Below are positions 8,991 through 17,240 of a stretch of 34,597 nucleotides of DNA, one piece after another. The DNA comes from an uncultured Alphaproteobacteria bacterium (GTDB lineage: Bacteria; Pseudomonadota; Alphaproteobacteria; Rs-D84), in the NCBI GenBank assembly GCA_947053455.1, contig CAMRSV010000007.1:1-34597 (forward strand), given 5' to 3'. A program made the position numbers and the translations under genes. How positions within the stretch are numbered: position 1 is the first letter of the stretch; every line of letters starts with the position of its first letter. The notes beneath the pieces were generated by a model. It worked only from the letters and a program-made list of their open reading frames with translations. It had not been told where the DNA came from and made no database searches.

Positions 8991-9107
8991 ATGGCAAACA
9001 AAACACCACAGACAAATTCATTCACAATTGCACACTATATACTGCTGTTTCTGGTTGTGGCGCTATGCATTGGAATTATTGCATGGGTTATGGTTCACGC
9101 AAAATAA
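8991..9107 (+). CDS. Small single-TM protein (38 aa), absent from the ORF track
   Basis: TAAGGAGGT Shine-Dalgarno 7 nt before ATG. Sequence MANKTPQTNSFTIAHYILLFLVVALCIGIIAWVMVHAK. Confidence 0.65.
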   Translation: MANKTPQTNSFTIAHYILLFLVVALCIGIIAWVMVHAK

Positions 9108-9154
9108 AAAACAATTGTAATTTTGAATATTATCAGCTATATTAGCCCACATGT

Positions 9155-9231
9155 CGGGGTGTAGCTCAGCCTGGTAGAGTACTTGCATGGGGTGCAAGGG
9201 GTCGCAGGTTCGATTCCTGTCACCCCGACCA
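9155..9231 (+). tRNA. tRNA-Pro(GGG)
   Basis: Cloverleaf CGGGGTG...CACCCCG-ACCA, anticodon arm CTTGC-AT-GGG-GT-GCAAG, T-loop GGTTCGATTCC. Confidence 0.97.
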
Positions 9232-9548
9232 AAAAATTCAATCGGCCGAAGTGCCGATTTATTTTTTGGATTTCGGGTGCGGAAGAGAACCTGCGACACG
9301 CAGGGTCGTCTGCAAAGTTGGCGAAAACAAGTATTTACGCAGTTTGAGCCTTACGAGCGGAAAGGGGCCCGCCGCAACATTTGCGGTGGGAATTACATTC
9401 CTGTCACCCCGACCAAAAAATTCAATCGGCCTTATGCCAGTTTATTTTTTTGGATTGCGGGTGCAAAAGAGTACCTGTGGCGCGCAAGTTCATCTGCGAC
9501 GTTGGCAAAAACAAGCTTCTGTGCGGTTTGAACCGTATAAGCCAAAGG
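9213..9548 (+). repeat. tRNA-Pro-linked tandem repeat (two units, period about 184 nt)
   Basis: ATTCCTGTCACCCCGACCAAAAAATTCAATCGGCC occurs at 9213 and 9397, followed by about 115 nt of degenerate similarity. Confidence 0.85.
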
Positions 9549-9650
9549 TGTCAATTGGGTATAAATATCAATCACATATTTTATGCTTGCACGAATCGGA
9601 AAAAAGTTATTAGTATGCGCATGTAAATTCAAATATACAGGGGGCATTTC

Positions 9651-10028
9651 ATGATTATTGGCATTGGAATCGATTTGGTTGAATGCGGTCGTTTCTTGGA
9701 TTGGTCCGCGTTCAAAAAACAGCGCATATTTACAAAAAAAGAATTGGAATATGCCGATGCAGATAATGCGAACGCGGAAAAACATTTGGCAAACTTCTGG
9801 GCCGCACGCGAGGCTTGCTTAAAAGCACTTGGAACAGGATTTGGTGACGACATTGCGTTTTCCGACGTATCGGTTGTACATAACGACGCGGGTCGTCCGG
9901 AACTGTTAATAGCCGGCGGCGCCAAGGCCGCATTAAAAGAACGCGCCGGTGGCGATGCTCGTATTCACCTGTCTATAACAGACCAAGATGATTATTCCGC
10001 TGCAATCGTGGTTATTGAAAAAGAATAA
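9651..10028 (+). CDS. acpS: Holo-[acyl-carrier-protein] synthase
   Basis: GIGIDLVE, RIFTKKE, FWAAREACLKALGTG, GRP, IHLSITD. Confidence 0.95.
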   Translation: MIIGIGIDLVECGRFLDWSAFKKQRIFTKKELEYADADNANAEKHLANFWAAREACLKALGTGFGDDIAFSDVSVVHNDAGRPELLIAGGAKAALKERAGGDARIHLSITDQDDYSAAIVVIEKE

Positions 10029-10058
10029 TTAAAAACCGCCAAATGGCGGTTTTTAATT
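10027..10058. terminator. Bidirectional terminator
   Basis: AATTAAAAACCGCCA-aa-TGGCGGTTTTTAATT inverted repeat. Confidence 0.8.
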
Positions 10059-10731
10059 AATTTTTATATGAACAATTTTCGGTTAATGTGTATTGCCCAA
10101 CCGTATCGTTTATATTAGTTCCTGATGGAAGGTAACAACCAGTCTTTAGCGTAGCCCCCGCGTTAGATGTACCATTATCCGGACATTTGGAACACCCGGA
10201 TGCACCATTGATTGATGTACCGTAATATCCCGCCGCACAACGATATTTTGTTGAAACCTTACATTCACCACATTCACATGTTCTAAAAATTTGTTTTTCA
10301 TAACCCGTGCCAAACGCAACCCATGCATCACTGGTGCAATTTGTACATGCCGGACATGAACATACACGCACAGCATTTTCAATATTCGTCTGATCAGATG
10401 AATTTAGAATATAAGTGCAAACTTTTGTTTTATCGCCATAATACGTATTACTTAAACTAACCCGTGGGGTAAGCGTACCTTTACCCTTGCACTTTGTGCA
10501 AGATGTTACATATGCAAAATTTTTCTGACTATAAGTTTTATAACTTGTGTCATTGATTGTCTTGGCACATGCCCAGGTGGCCTCGGCACAATTAGGAATC
10601 ATATAGTAAGATGAGTTTGCAGGCATGTCAGACGGACATTCAAAAAAACTACACGGCTCACCCATAGAATCTTGCGGGACTAATACCACCAAAGAAACAA
10701 GCATTAAATATATTCTTATAATTTTTTTCAT
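10057..10731 (-). CDS. Cys-rich secreted protein (cargo of leader copy C)
   Basis: Start moved to MKKIIRIYLMLVSLVVLV (signal peptide; GGAG RBS). Contains CAAGYYG...GCSKCP. C-terminus DTVGQYTLTENCSYKN. Confidence 0.85.
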   Translation of the reverse strand: MKKIIRIYLMLVSLVVLVPQDSMGEPCSFFECPSDMPANSSYYMIPNCAEATWACAKTINDTSYKTYSQKNFAYVTSCTKCKGKGTLTPRVSLSNTYYGDKTKVCTYILNSSDQTNIENAVRVCSCPACTNCTSDAWVAFGTGYEKQIFRTCECGECKVSTKYRCAAGYYGTSINGASGCSKCPDNGTSNAGATLKTGCYLPSGTNINDTVGQYTLTENCSYKN

Positions 10732-10757
10732 CTCCAATTCTCCATACAATATCAAAC

Positions 10758-11011
10758 AAAAAACCACCAAAATTTTTAGTGGTCAGGAGGTTGAATACAA
10801 TTGACAGAATTGTGCTGCGTATTTTTTATATTTCGCAAGCCCTCCTGACCATGGGTCAGGAGTTTATTTTTCGCCAAAACAATAAAAATTGCATATAAGT
10901 ATATATGCCAAATAAATATTATGTTTTAGCGCTGTCATAGAGGTATTCACACCCCACCAACGGAAAGCCCGTCAGCATAAAAATTATATATAATTTTGAA
11001 AAAACACGCAA
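10758..11011 (-). ncRNA. C4-like antisense leader element, copy C
   Basis: Promoter TTGCGT-17-TATAAT. Targets b UGAAUAC (10943-10949) and a UGACAG (10932-10937). Competing arm CUCCUGACC 10854-10862. Core 10781-10850 GGUCAGGAGG/CCUCCUGACC with a' CUGUCA and b' GUAUUCA. Terminator ACCACUAA/UUGGUGGU plus U-tract. Confidence 0.85.
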
Positions 11012-11075
11012 GAAAAATTCCATAAAATAGAACCTGATTACAAAATATGTACGAAACATTCATAAATTTTTTATC

Positions 11076-11105
11076 AATAAAAAACCGCCCAGCGGCGGTT
11101 TTATT
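11076..11105 (-). terminator. Intrinsic terminator between the two tandem cassettes
   Basis: AAAACCGCC-cagc-GGCGGTTTT with flanking A/T tracts. Confidence 0.75.
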
Positions 11106-11763
11106 ACTGTTTGTAATAACAATTACCGGTATATTGATAAGAACCAGTCACATCAGAGGCACTAGTTCCAGTGGATAAATAACAACTTGTTATTGATGTG
11201 CTGCCGGCTTGGGATTTGCCGCCATTTGGACATGCACGGCAACCTGATGTACCATTAGTGGAACTGCCGTAATAATTAGCTGCGCAACGATATTGATAGT
11301 TTTTTTTACATACCCCGCAAACACAATACGCAACCTGTTTTTTTTGATAACCTGTATTACCTGCCGTCCAACTGCCATCTGAACAGTCTGAACATGATGG
11401 CGCAACACATTCATACATCCCAGTACTGCATGTAGCACCCTTATATGTTATGTCAATAGCTTTCCTTGTCGCGGCACCAGAACATGTATTGCACGATTTA
11501 AATCCAACATACGCACTACCATATAGTGAAAATGCCAAGTCAGAAGATAAAGCTGGATTGTTTACCCCCGGCAAAAGGAAAAATGTAGGCGTTGAACTAT
11601 AATTAGAACAACATGACGGAGCAGATACATAACTGCCCACCAAAGTATTTAAGCTGACCCCATCATTAGTTCGAGATATTTCCATACATCTGGCCGCAAA
11701 AGCCCCATTCATAGGCAGCATCTGCATCATAACCGCCCCAATTACAAACATTGTTTGCTTCAT
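11104..11763 (-). CDS. Cys-rich secreted protein, paralog of 10057-10731 (cargo of leader copy D)
   Basis: Start moved to MKQTMFVIGAVMMQMLPMNGAFA (signal peptide; GGAG RBS). Contains YRCAANYYGSSTNGTSGCRACP. C-terminus DVTGSYQYTGNCYYKQ. Confidence 0.85.
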   Translation of the reverse strand: MKQTMFVIGAVMMQMLPMNGAFAARCMEISRTNDGVSLNTLVGSYVSAPSCCSNYSSTPTFFLLPGVNNPALSSDLAFSLYGSAYVGFKSCNTCSGAATRKAIDITYKGATCSTGMYECVAPSCSDCSDGSWTAGNTGYQKKQVAYCVCGVCKKNYQYRCAANYYGSSTNGTSGCRACPNGGKSQAGSTSITSCYLSTGTSASDVTGSYQYTGNCYYKQ

Positions 11764-11784
11764 TTTTACTTCTCCAATGATTTC

Positions 11785-12033
11785 AAAGAAAACCACCAAA
11801 AATTCGGTGGTCAGGAGGTTGAAGACAATTGATAGAATTGTGCTGCGTATTTTTTATATTTCGCAAGCCCTCCTGACCAAAGATCAGGAGTTTGTTTTTC
11901 GTCGAAAGAATAAAAACAGCGCAAAATACGCGCCATAAATAACAATTCCGACGCTACCATAGAGGTCTTCACACCCCACCATCAGAAAACCCGACGGCAT
12001 AAAAATTATATATATAAATAAGAAAACACGCAA
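11785..12033 (-). ncRNA. C4-like antisense leader element, copy D
   Basis: Promoter TTGCGT-17-TATAAT. Targets b UGAAGAC (11965-11971) and a UGGUAG (11954-11959). Core 11809-11878 with a' CUAUCA and b' GUCUUCA. Terminator ACCACCG/UGGUGGU-UUU. Confidence 0.85.
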
Positions 12034-12098
12034 GAAAAATCCCCCCGAACTTTATACCTGTTAACAAGGGGATAGATGAAACAAAAAGTAAAGATATT

Positions 12099-14111
12099 TT
12101 ATATCATAGGGTCAAAACATTCACCATCTACGCAACACGCAACGGTGCCACCACCCATATCGGTAAATGTTTCACCCGGACAGCATCCATACATATCAGG
12201 CATACCGCCGTTTGCACAGGCTGATGCTTCGTCAGAGGCAGGCTTATTTGCCGCATTATATTCCGATGCCGAAACAAACATTTTTTCAGGACTGGATACG
12301 CCATATGCCGGTTTGTTCACAACGGGTTCTGATACAACCGGGGCAATGGGCACCGCAACCGGTACTGGTTCAATTGTTGTTACGACCGGTTCCGGAATTT
12401 CATTCGGTACCGACACAGTGGATTCAATTTCTACAGATTCAACCGGTTCCGCAGGTACATCCGGCACAAAGTCATTAACCACAGGTTCCACCATAACAGA
12501 CGGGGTCGGTTCTGGCATAATTTCGTCGGCCTGTGGTTCTGTAACCGCCACAGATACAATAAACGGATCTGGTGCCACATTTTCCACCACCGTATCCGGC
12601 ACTGCAATGTCTGGTGTTGGCGCAACCGCCGGTTCCTTTGGCGCCATAGATGCCACTGACGCCGCCAAGTCAGGCGCGCTGTCACCAGTCGATTTCTGAT
12701 ACAGCCACAGTGTGAATATCGACATTATTATCAACATAATAAGCATAATATAATACAACAGTGTGGGTTTGGTGTGCGCACCAACTGTCCCCGTGGCCGG
12801 GGCTGTACCCGTAATTGGTGAAACAGGACGCAAAGCAGATGTAGCCGGCGCTGGGGAAATTTCCGGCATTGGTGCAGGCGCCGGTTCCGGTGCAACAACC
12901 GGTCGCGGCATAAATTCTGTTACAACAGTTTCAGATTCAGGCCCAGCATCCACCGCCGTTATAGAATCAAGAACCGGTGCAACACTAATCGGTGCAGGCT
13001 GCACGTTATTAACAACATTGTTATTTTCAGTCGGCGGCGTAAATGAAAGCGGTTGTACCGGTGCCGGGGTGTCATCATAAGAATTTTGAACAGCAACCGG
13101 GGCAGGTTCAGAAACCGCGCGCGCCTGGGGCACGGGTTCAACCGACGAAACATCAAAATCTATCGGTTTGAACGCTATCTCTTCATTCAAAATTTCTGGA
13201 TCTTTGTCAAATAAAGGTTTTACTTCTTCGTCGGCCATATTTTCCGCCTTTTGTTCTGATGTTATTATTGGTTCATCCGGCACCACGGGCGCGTCAAACG
13301 ATATAATTTCTGTAAATTTTGGCGCAATTTCCGCCGGTAAATTATCACGCGTTACAACGACTTCGTTCGCGGGCGCTATCATAATATCATGTGATGCCGC
13401 ACCCCCCGCAACAGGAATGCGTTCCAGAATCTCACGCGCACGCTGTGCGTCATCTTCTGCGGCAACTAGTCGTTTCTGCGCATTTGCAAGACGCTTTTTT
13501 GTACGCTTTATTTTTTCATTGGTTGCATCTATCTGCGCCTCTGTTCGTAAAATCTTTGACGCTGATTGCTTGGTCGGTTCACGGCCAACATCTTTGCGCT
13601 GACGCGACAGCTTTGTTTTTAATTCGCGTGTTTTCGTTTCCAGATCACCAATGGCCTCATTGGCCTTTACAATTGTTTCGCGCGTATTTGCGGCAATGAA
13701 TTCCGCGCTTTCCAAACGTTCAGAGGCGGCGCGCCGTACAGACGCATTTCTAAATTCCGCCAACGCAAGCAACGCATCGTCAATTTCGTTTCCAGATTCA
13801 AATCTTGCAATCAAATCATCATATATGGCAAGGCCGGAATACTCTATATCTAATTTTTGATATTTATTGTCCTTTTTCGGACGCACCGTTTCTAAATCAA
13901 CACCAAAATCATTGGCCAGCACATCATCCCATTTACGGTCACCCACCGGGTTTAGAACCAGCAAAACATTGGGCTTGTCAGCGGATGTCGTAGAATCAAT
14001 TACAAAGGCCAATTTATGACGCGCATCGTAATATGCACGAAACGCATTGCCGGCAATTTCATAGTCGCGCGGCGTTAAAATTGGCAAATTATTCTCTCTC
14101 TCGGACGGCAT
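12099..14111 (-). CDS. Hypothetical bitopic membrane protein: coiled coil, Pro/acidic linkers, one TM, small Cys-rich C-terminus
   Basis: 670-aa ORF with GGGAAG upstream. Coiled coil about aa 120-230, TM LLYYIMLIMLIIMSIFTLWLY, C-terminal CANGG...GCCPGE...CC...C. Confidence 0.8.
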   Translation of the reverse strand: MPSERENNLPILTPRDYEIAGNAFRAYYDARHKLAFVIDSTTSADKPNVLLVLNPVGDRKWDDVLANDFGVDLETVRPKKDNKYQKLDIEYSGLAIYDDLIARFESGNEIDDALLALAEFRNASVRRAASERLESAEFIAANTRETIVKANEAIGDLETKTRELKTKLSRQRKDVGREPTKQSASKILRTEAQIDATNEKIKRTKKRLANAQKRLVAAEDDAQRAREILERIPVAGGAASHDIMIAPANEVVVTRDNLPAEIAPKFTEIISFDAPVVPDEPIITSEQKAENMADEEVKPLFDKDPEILNEEIAFKPIDFDVSSVEPVPQARAVSEPAPVAVQNSYDDTPAPVQPLSFTPPTENNNVVNNVQPAPISVAPVLDSITAVDAGPESETVVTEFMPRPVVAPEPAPAPMPEISPAPATSALRPVSPITGTAPATGTVGAHTKPTLLYYIMLIMLIIMSIFTLWLYQKSTGDSAPDLAASVASMAPKEPAVAPTPDIAVPDTVVENVAPDPFIVSVAVTEPQADEIMPEPTPSVMVEPVVNDFVPDVPAEPVESVEIESTVSVPNEIPEPVVTTIEPVPVAVPIAPVVSEPVVNKPAYGVSSPEKMFVSASEYNAANKPASDEASACANGGMPDMYGCCPGETFTDMGGGTVACCVDGECFDPMI

Positions 14112-14126
14112 TAGCTTCCCCCAGAA

Positions 14127-14711
14127 TTATTGTTTTTTTTGCGTAAATTGATATGCCTGTTTGCAATGCTCATAACAATATGGTTTACCAACGAATACTG
14201 TTTCGCCGCAAAAATGGAAATTTTCCGAATCTGGATCGCCAATCGGCCACCGGCACTGGTTCGGTTTCAGGTTGGCCATTTCCAGTGAATGCTGGATAAT
14301 ACGTTGATGCATTGCCAGATTTTTTGTCGACGATTTGGATGTTTTCGGCGCCGCCACAGTAGGCGCCGGTTTCGCGGGCGCCGTTTTTTTTACGGACGCC
14401 TTGGGCGGCACATTCGTTTTCTTTGCGGCTGCCTTTGGCGCGGCGGCAGCTTTTTTAGGCGCAGCAACCTTTACCGGGGCGGCTTTTTTAGGCGTGTCGG
14501 CAACGGTCTTGGTTTTCTTTGGGGCAGGTGCGGTCTTTTTTGTGGCCGGTGCGCTGCCCGACGCCTTTAGATTCCAACCCAATCTGTTTAATTTACCAAC
14601 AACCGCATTTTTGGACAAGCCCAAGCGCTTTCCAATTTCTGATGTCGACAATCCCTTGCCAGTTAATGCTTTTAGTTTTTTCAATGTTGCGTTATCCCAA
14701 CCTTTACTCAT
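14127..14711 (-). CDS. gcrA: GcrA cell-cycle regulator family protein
   Basis: N-terminal W...LKKL...GLSTSEIGKRLGLSKNAVVGKLNRLG, AKP-rich linker, C-terminal CRWPIGDP...FHFCG...PYCYEH. Confidence 0.92.
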   Translation of the reverse strand: MSKGWDNATLKKLKALTGKGLSTSEIGKRLGLSKNAVVGKLNRLGWNLKASGSAPATKKTAPAPKKTKTVADTPKKAAPVKVAAPKKAAAAPKAAAKKTNVPPKASVKKTAPAKPAPTVAAPKTSKSSTKNLAMHQRIIQHSLEMANLKPNQCRWPIGDPDSENFHFCGETVFVGKPYCYEHCKQAYQFTQKKQ

Positions 14712-14785
14712 TTTACAAAACCCCTGTTATACATTATGATATATAATTGTAGCACAGTTCCGATTCGAAAGGCAAGGGGGAAAAC

Positions 14786-15259
14786 ATGATTTATAACATA
14801 TGTGTTATAATATTGGCCGCGACGGCAATGTGGTGCGCGTGGCGCATCTGCGTTACAGACTTTCGCCGCCGCATAATTCCAGACGCGTATTTATGGCCGC
14901 TGTTGCTGATTGGAATGGTATTTGCCGCATGGATGCCAATGTGGCCAACGGATGCACAAACGGCCGCAATCGGCGCCGCAACTGGCTATGCACTATCGGC
15001 CGCCATCGGATTTTTATTTGACTGGCACATGCGCCGCCACGGCGCACAATCGGCGGCCCCCATTGGACTGGGGGATATAAAACTGATTGCGACAGGCGGC
15101 GTATGGCTAGGGACGACGGGAATGGCCGCGGCACTGGTGATAGCGTGTATAACGGGTATGGTCTGGGGAATTGCAAAAAAACAAAAATATATACCGTTCG
15201 CACCATTCTTTATATGTGGTGGAATTTTATCTTTGATTGGAATGCTATTTTTGTTATAA
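14786..15259 (+). CDS. A24-family prepilin peptidase
   Basis: Catalytic motifs TDFRRRIIPD and GLGDIKL, C-terminal IPFAPF, multiple TM helices. Confidence 0.88.
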   Translation: MIYNICVIILAATAMWCAWRICVTDFRRRIIPDAYLWPLLLIGMVFAAWMPMWPTDAQTAAIGAATGYALSAAIGFLFDWHMRRHGAQSAAPIGLGDIKLIATGGVWLGTTGMAAALVIACITGMVWGIAKKQKYIPFAPFFICGGILSLIGMLFLL

Positions 15260-15279
15260 TAAAAATAGCAGGGACATAG

Positions 15280-16179
15280 ATGAGAATGAAAAATATCATT
15301 TTTTCAGCCGTTTTAATTGCGGCGGCGGTGGCCACCCCCACAATGGCGCCGGCGGCTGGCACGCCATTTTCCAAGTACGGTCAAATTCAGAATGTCCAAA
15401 ATTATTCATCAAACCCGTTCTGGAATCCAAACGGACCATATAATCAACGCATGCCGCAACCCATTTATGTCCAGGGCGCAGATTTGAACACCGGCGACTG
15501 TCAGCGGACGGTTTCTGCACTGGTCGCATCAGAATGCGCGACACGAAACAGGTGTGTGGGTGTTACATTATCAGATATTCGCCCATCTATAATGCTGCAA
15601 TTATCGCGCCTGCCGGGGCATAATTTCGCGACGGCATGTGCGGGCTTTATTGACGAGGCGTTCAACGATTATGTGCAAAATTATTCAAATGCGGCACCGA
15701 CGGGAAATGCAACGGCTTTTCCGACAGCGACAACAACTAACCCGTCATTAAATGAGTCGGAATTCAAGATAAAAAATCCATATACGCCCAAAGCCCCAAC
15801 ATGGAACGGCGAATCATGGTTTCTGGAAATGAAAGGGCGCGAGGAAGAGCTTAAACAATTACAATCTCAAAACGGCGCGGGCACTGAAAAACTGGTTCGC
15901 GCCGATTTTCCAACCACATATTCGGATTTATCATTTACCGAACGGATGGAAAATGAAAAGGCGGGATTCGAACCATACAAAGACGCCAAGGCGTATGTCC
16001 CACTTGGAAATATTGAAAGTTACGAGGATTATTTAGCGCGACGTGAACGCACCCAAAATTCGTATTGCGCATCACAACGTGAACGTTTGGCCATGCTAAC
16101 GGCAGATTTAGCAACATTGAAAAAATGCCGCGCGGCCGGGACATCGCTTGAGAATTGCAAATTACAGGGAACATATTAG
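15280..16179 (+). CDS. Hypothetical secreted protein
   Basis: Signal-peptide-like N-terminus (start could be 15286), 299-aa ORF, operon-like spacing. Confidence 0.75.
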   Translation: MRMKNIIFSAVLIAAAVATPTMAPAAGTPFSKYGQIQNVQNYSSNPFWNPNGPYNQRMPQPIYVQGADLNTGDCQRTVSALVASECATRNRCVGVTLSDIRPSIMLQLSRLPGHNFATACAGFIDEAFNDYVQNYSNAAPTGNATAFPTATTTNPSLNESEFKIKNPYTPKAPTWNGESWFLEMKGREEELKQLQSQNGAGTEKLVRADFPTTYSDLSFTERMENEKAGFEPYKDAKAYVPLGNIESYEDYLARRERTQNSYCASQRERLAMLTADLATLKKCRAAGTSLENCKLQGTY

Positions 16180-16187
16180 GCAATAAA

Positions 16188-17240
16188 ATGAAAAAAATAC
16201 ATAGTTTCACAATTTTCTTTGCCTGTTGTTTAATTACGTGCAATGCAGCGTGCGCATTGACCAGTGATGATATTGGTGTTGCGCCGGCACAACGAATATC
16301 AGATCGCGCATTTGTTGATGGAAACACTGGAAAAAATATAAAGTTAACCCCTGAATACAAAGCCAAATTAAATACCACCATGGGGAATAATCAAGCGTCC
16401 GAATCTGCCGCACAAACGGTGCCGGCGGTTGCCGCAACGGGCGCAAATGCGGCGACAACAGGTGCCGCAACATCAGGTGTAACCGCCGCAGCCGGCGGGA
16501 AATCTGGACTGCGGAATGCCGCGAGCCAAACCGCCACAAAATGGAAGGGTATGTCCACAGCAAGCAAGGCGGGCAACGCAATTGCAGCGGTTGGTGGGGC
16601 GGCAATGGTATATGACGCAACATCGGGCGACACAGAACATTCATGGTGGGATGTTGCATCTGGTGCCGGTGGTGGCGCAACGACCGGTGCCGTCATTGGA
16701 AACGTTGTGCCGGTAATTGGTCCGGCAATTGGCGCGGCGGCCGGTGCGGTTATAGGTGGCCTGGCCAGTGGGTCACAGTTATTTTCCGAAACGGACTGTC
16801 TGCATGATCCGGTGACGGGACTATTTACATGTTGCAATACATTATTTAACGGCGGGCAACGAAATGTTGAAATTGGCGGATATATGTTCTGTGGCAATGA
16901 AAGCAGCACCCCAGAAAAAATTGCGCCAATGGTGCGTCAATGTCGCCAGGGCGGCAATGAAAACCCCGCATCGTGGTGGGACGGCTTATGGCTTGATGAC
17001 GCATGGGAACCGGAATGCGTAGTTAGATATTGCGCCGGCGTCACACCGCCACCGGAAAATTCAATTGTCCAATATATCCCAGATGCTGACAACATATGTT
17101 GGCGATGGGTGCCGACATCGTCATCAATAACTGCACCGAACGGACAGGTTATAAATGGGAACGACCCATATGCGGTTCTGATATATAAAATTGAAACCGA
17201 ACGAAACAATATAATATCCCAATGCGGGGATATGATGTGA
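16188..17240 (+). CDS. Hypothetical secreted protein with glycine zipper and Cys-rich C-terminal domain
   Basis: Start moved to MKKIHSF (signal peptide). Glycine zipper GAGGGATTGAVIGNVVPVIGPAIGAAAGAVIGGL. Confidence 0.75.
   Translation: MKKIHSFTIFFACCLITCNAACALTSDDIGVAPAQRISDRAFVDGNTGKNIKLTPEYKAKLNTTMGNNQASESAAQTVPAVAATGANAATTGAATSGVTAAAGGKSGLRNAASQTATKWKGMSTASKAGNAIAAVGGAAMVYDATSGDTEHSWWDVASGAGGGATTGAVIGNVVPVIGPAIGAAAGAVIGGLASGSQLFSETDCLHDPVTGLFTCCNTLFNGGQRNVEIGGYMFCGNESSTPEKIAPMVRQCRQGGNENPASWWDGLWLDDAWEPECVVRYCAGVTPPPENSIVQYIPDADNICWRWVPTSSSITAPNGQVINGNDPYAVLIYKIETERNNIISQCGDMM

Noticed and set aside
9063-9626. ORFs 9063-9299, 9187-9531, 9251-9613 and 9381-9626
   Set aside because: They overlap tRNA-Pro and its repeat. 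The repeated FLSPRPKNSIG peptide merely reflects the DNA duplication.
2984-11763. Diversity-generating retroelement acting on the Cys-rich genes
   Set aside because: No reverse transcriptase and no TR/VR pair with adenine-specific differences is visible in this window.
10758-12033. Repeated intergenic blocks as a CRISPR array, IS ends or invertible promoters
   Set aside because: There is no regular repeat-spacer periodicity and no cas, transposase or recombinase gene. The inverted repeats are internal RNA stems and do not flank the promoters.
12076-13860. Long antisense ORFs (for example 12076-12699+ and 13168-13602+) and similar shadows of tig, rpsA, gcrA and leuS
   Set aside because: Opposite-strand shadows of well-supported genes, with low-complexity translations and no RBS.
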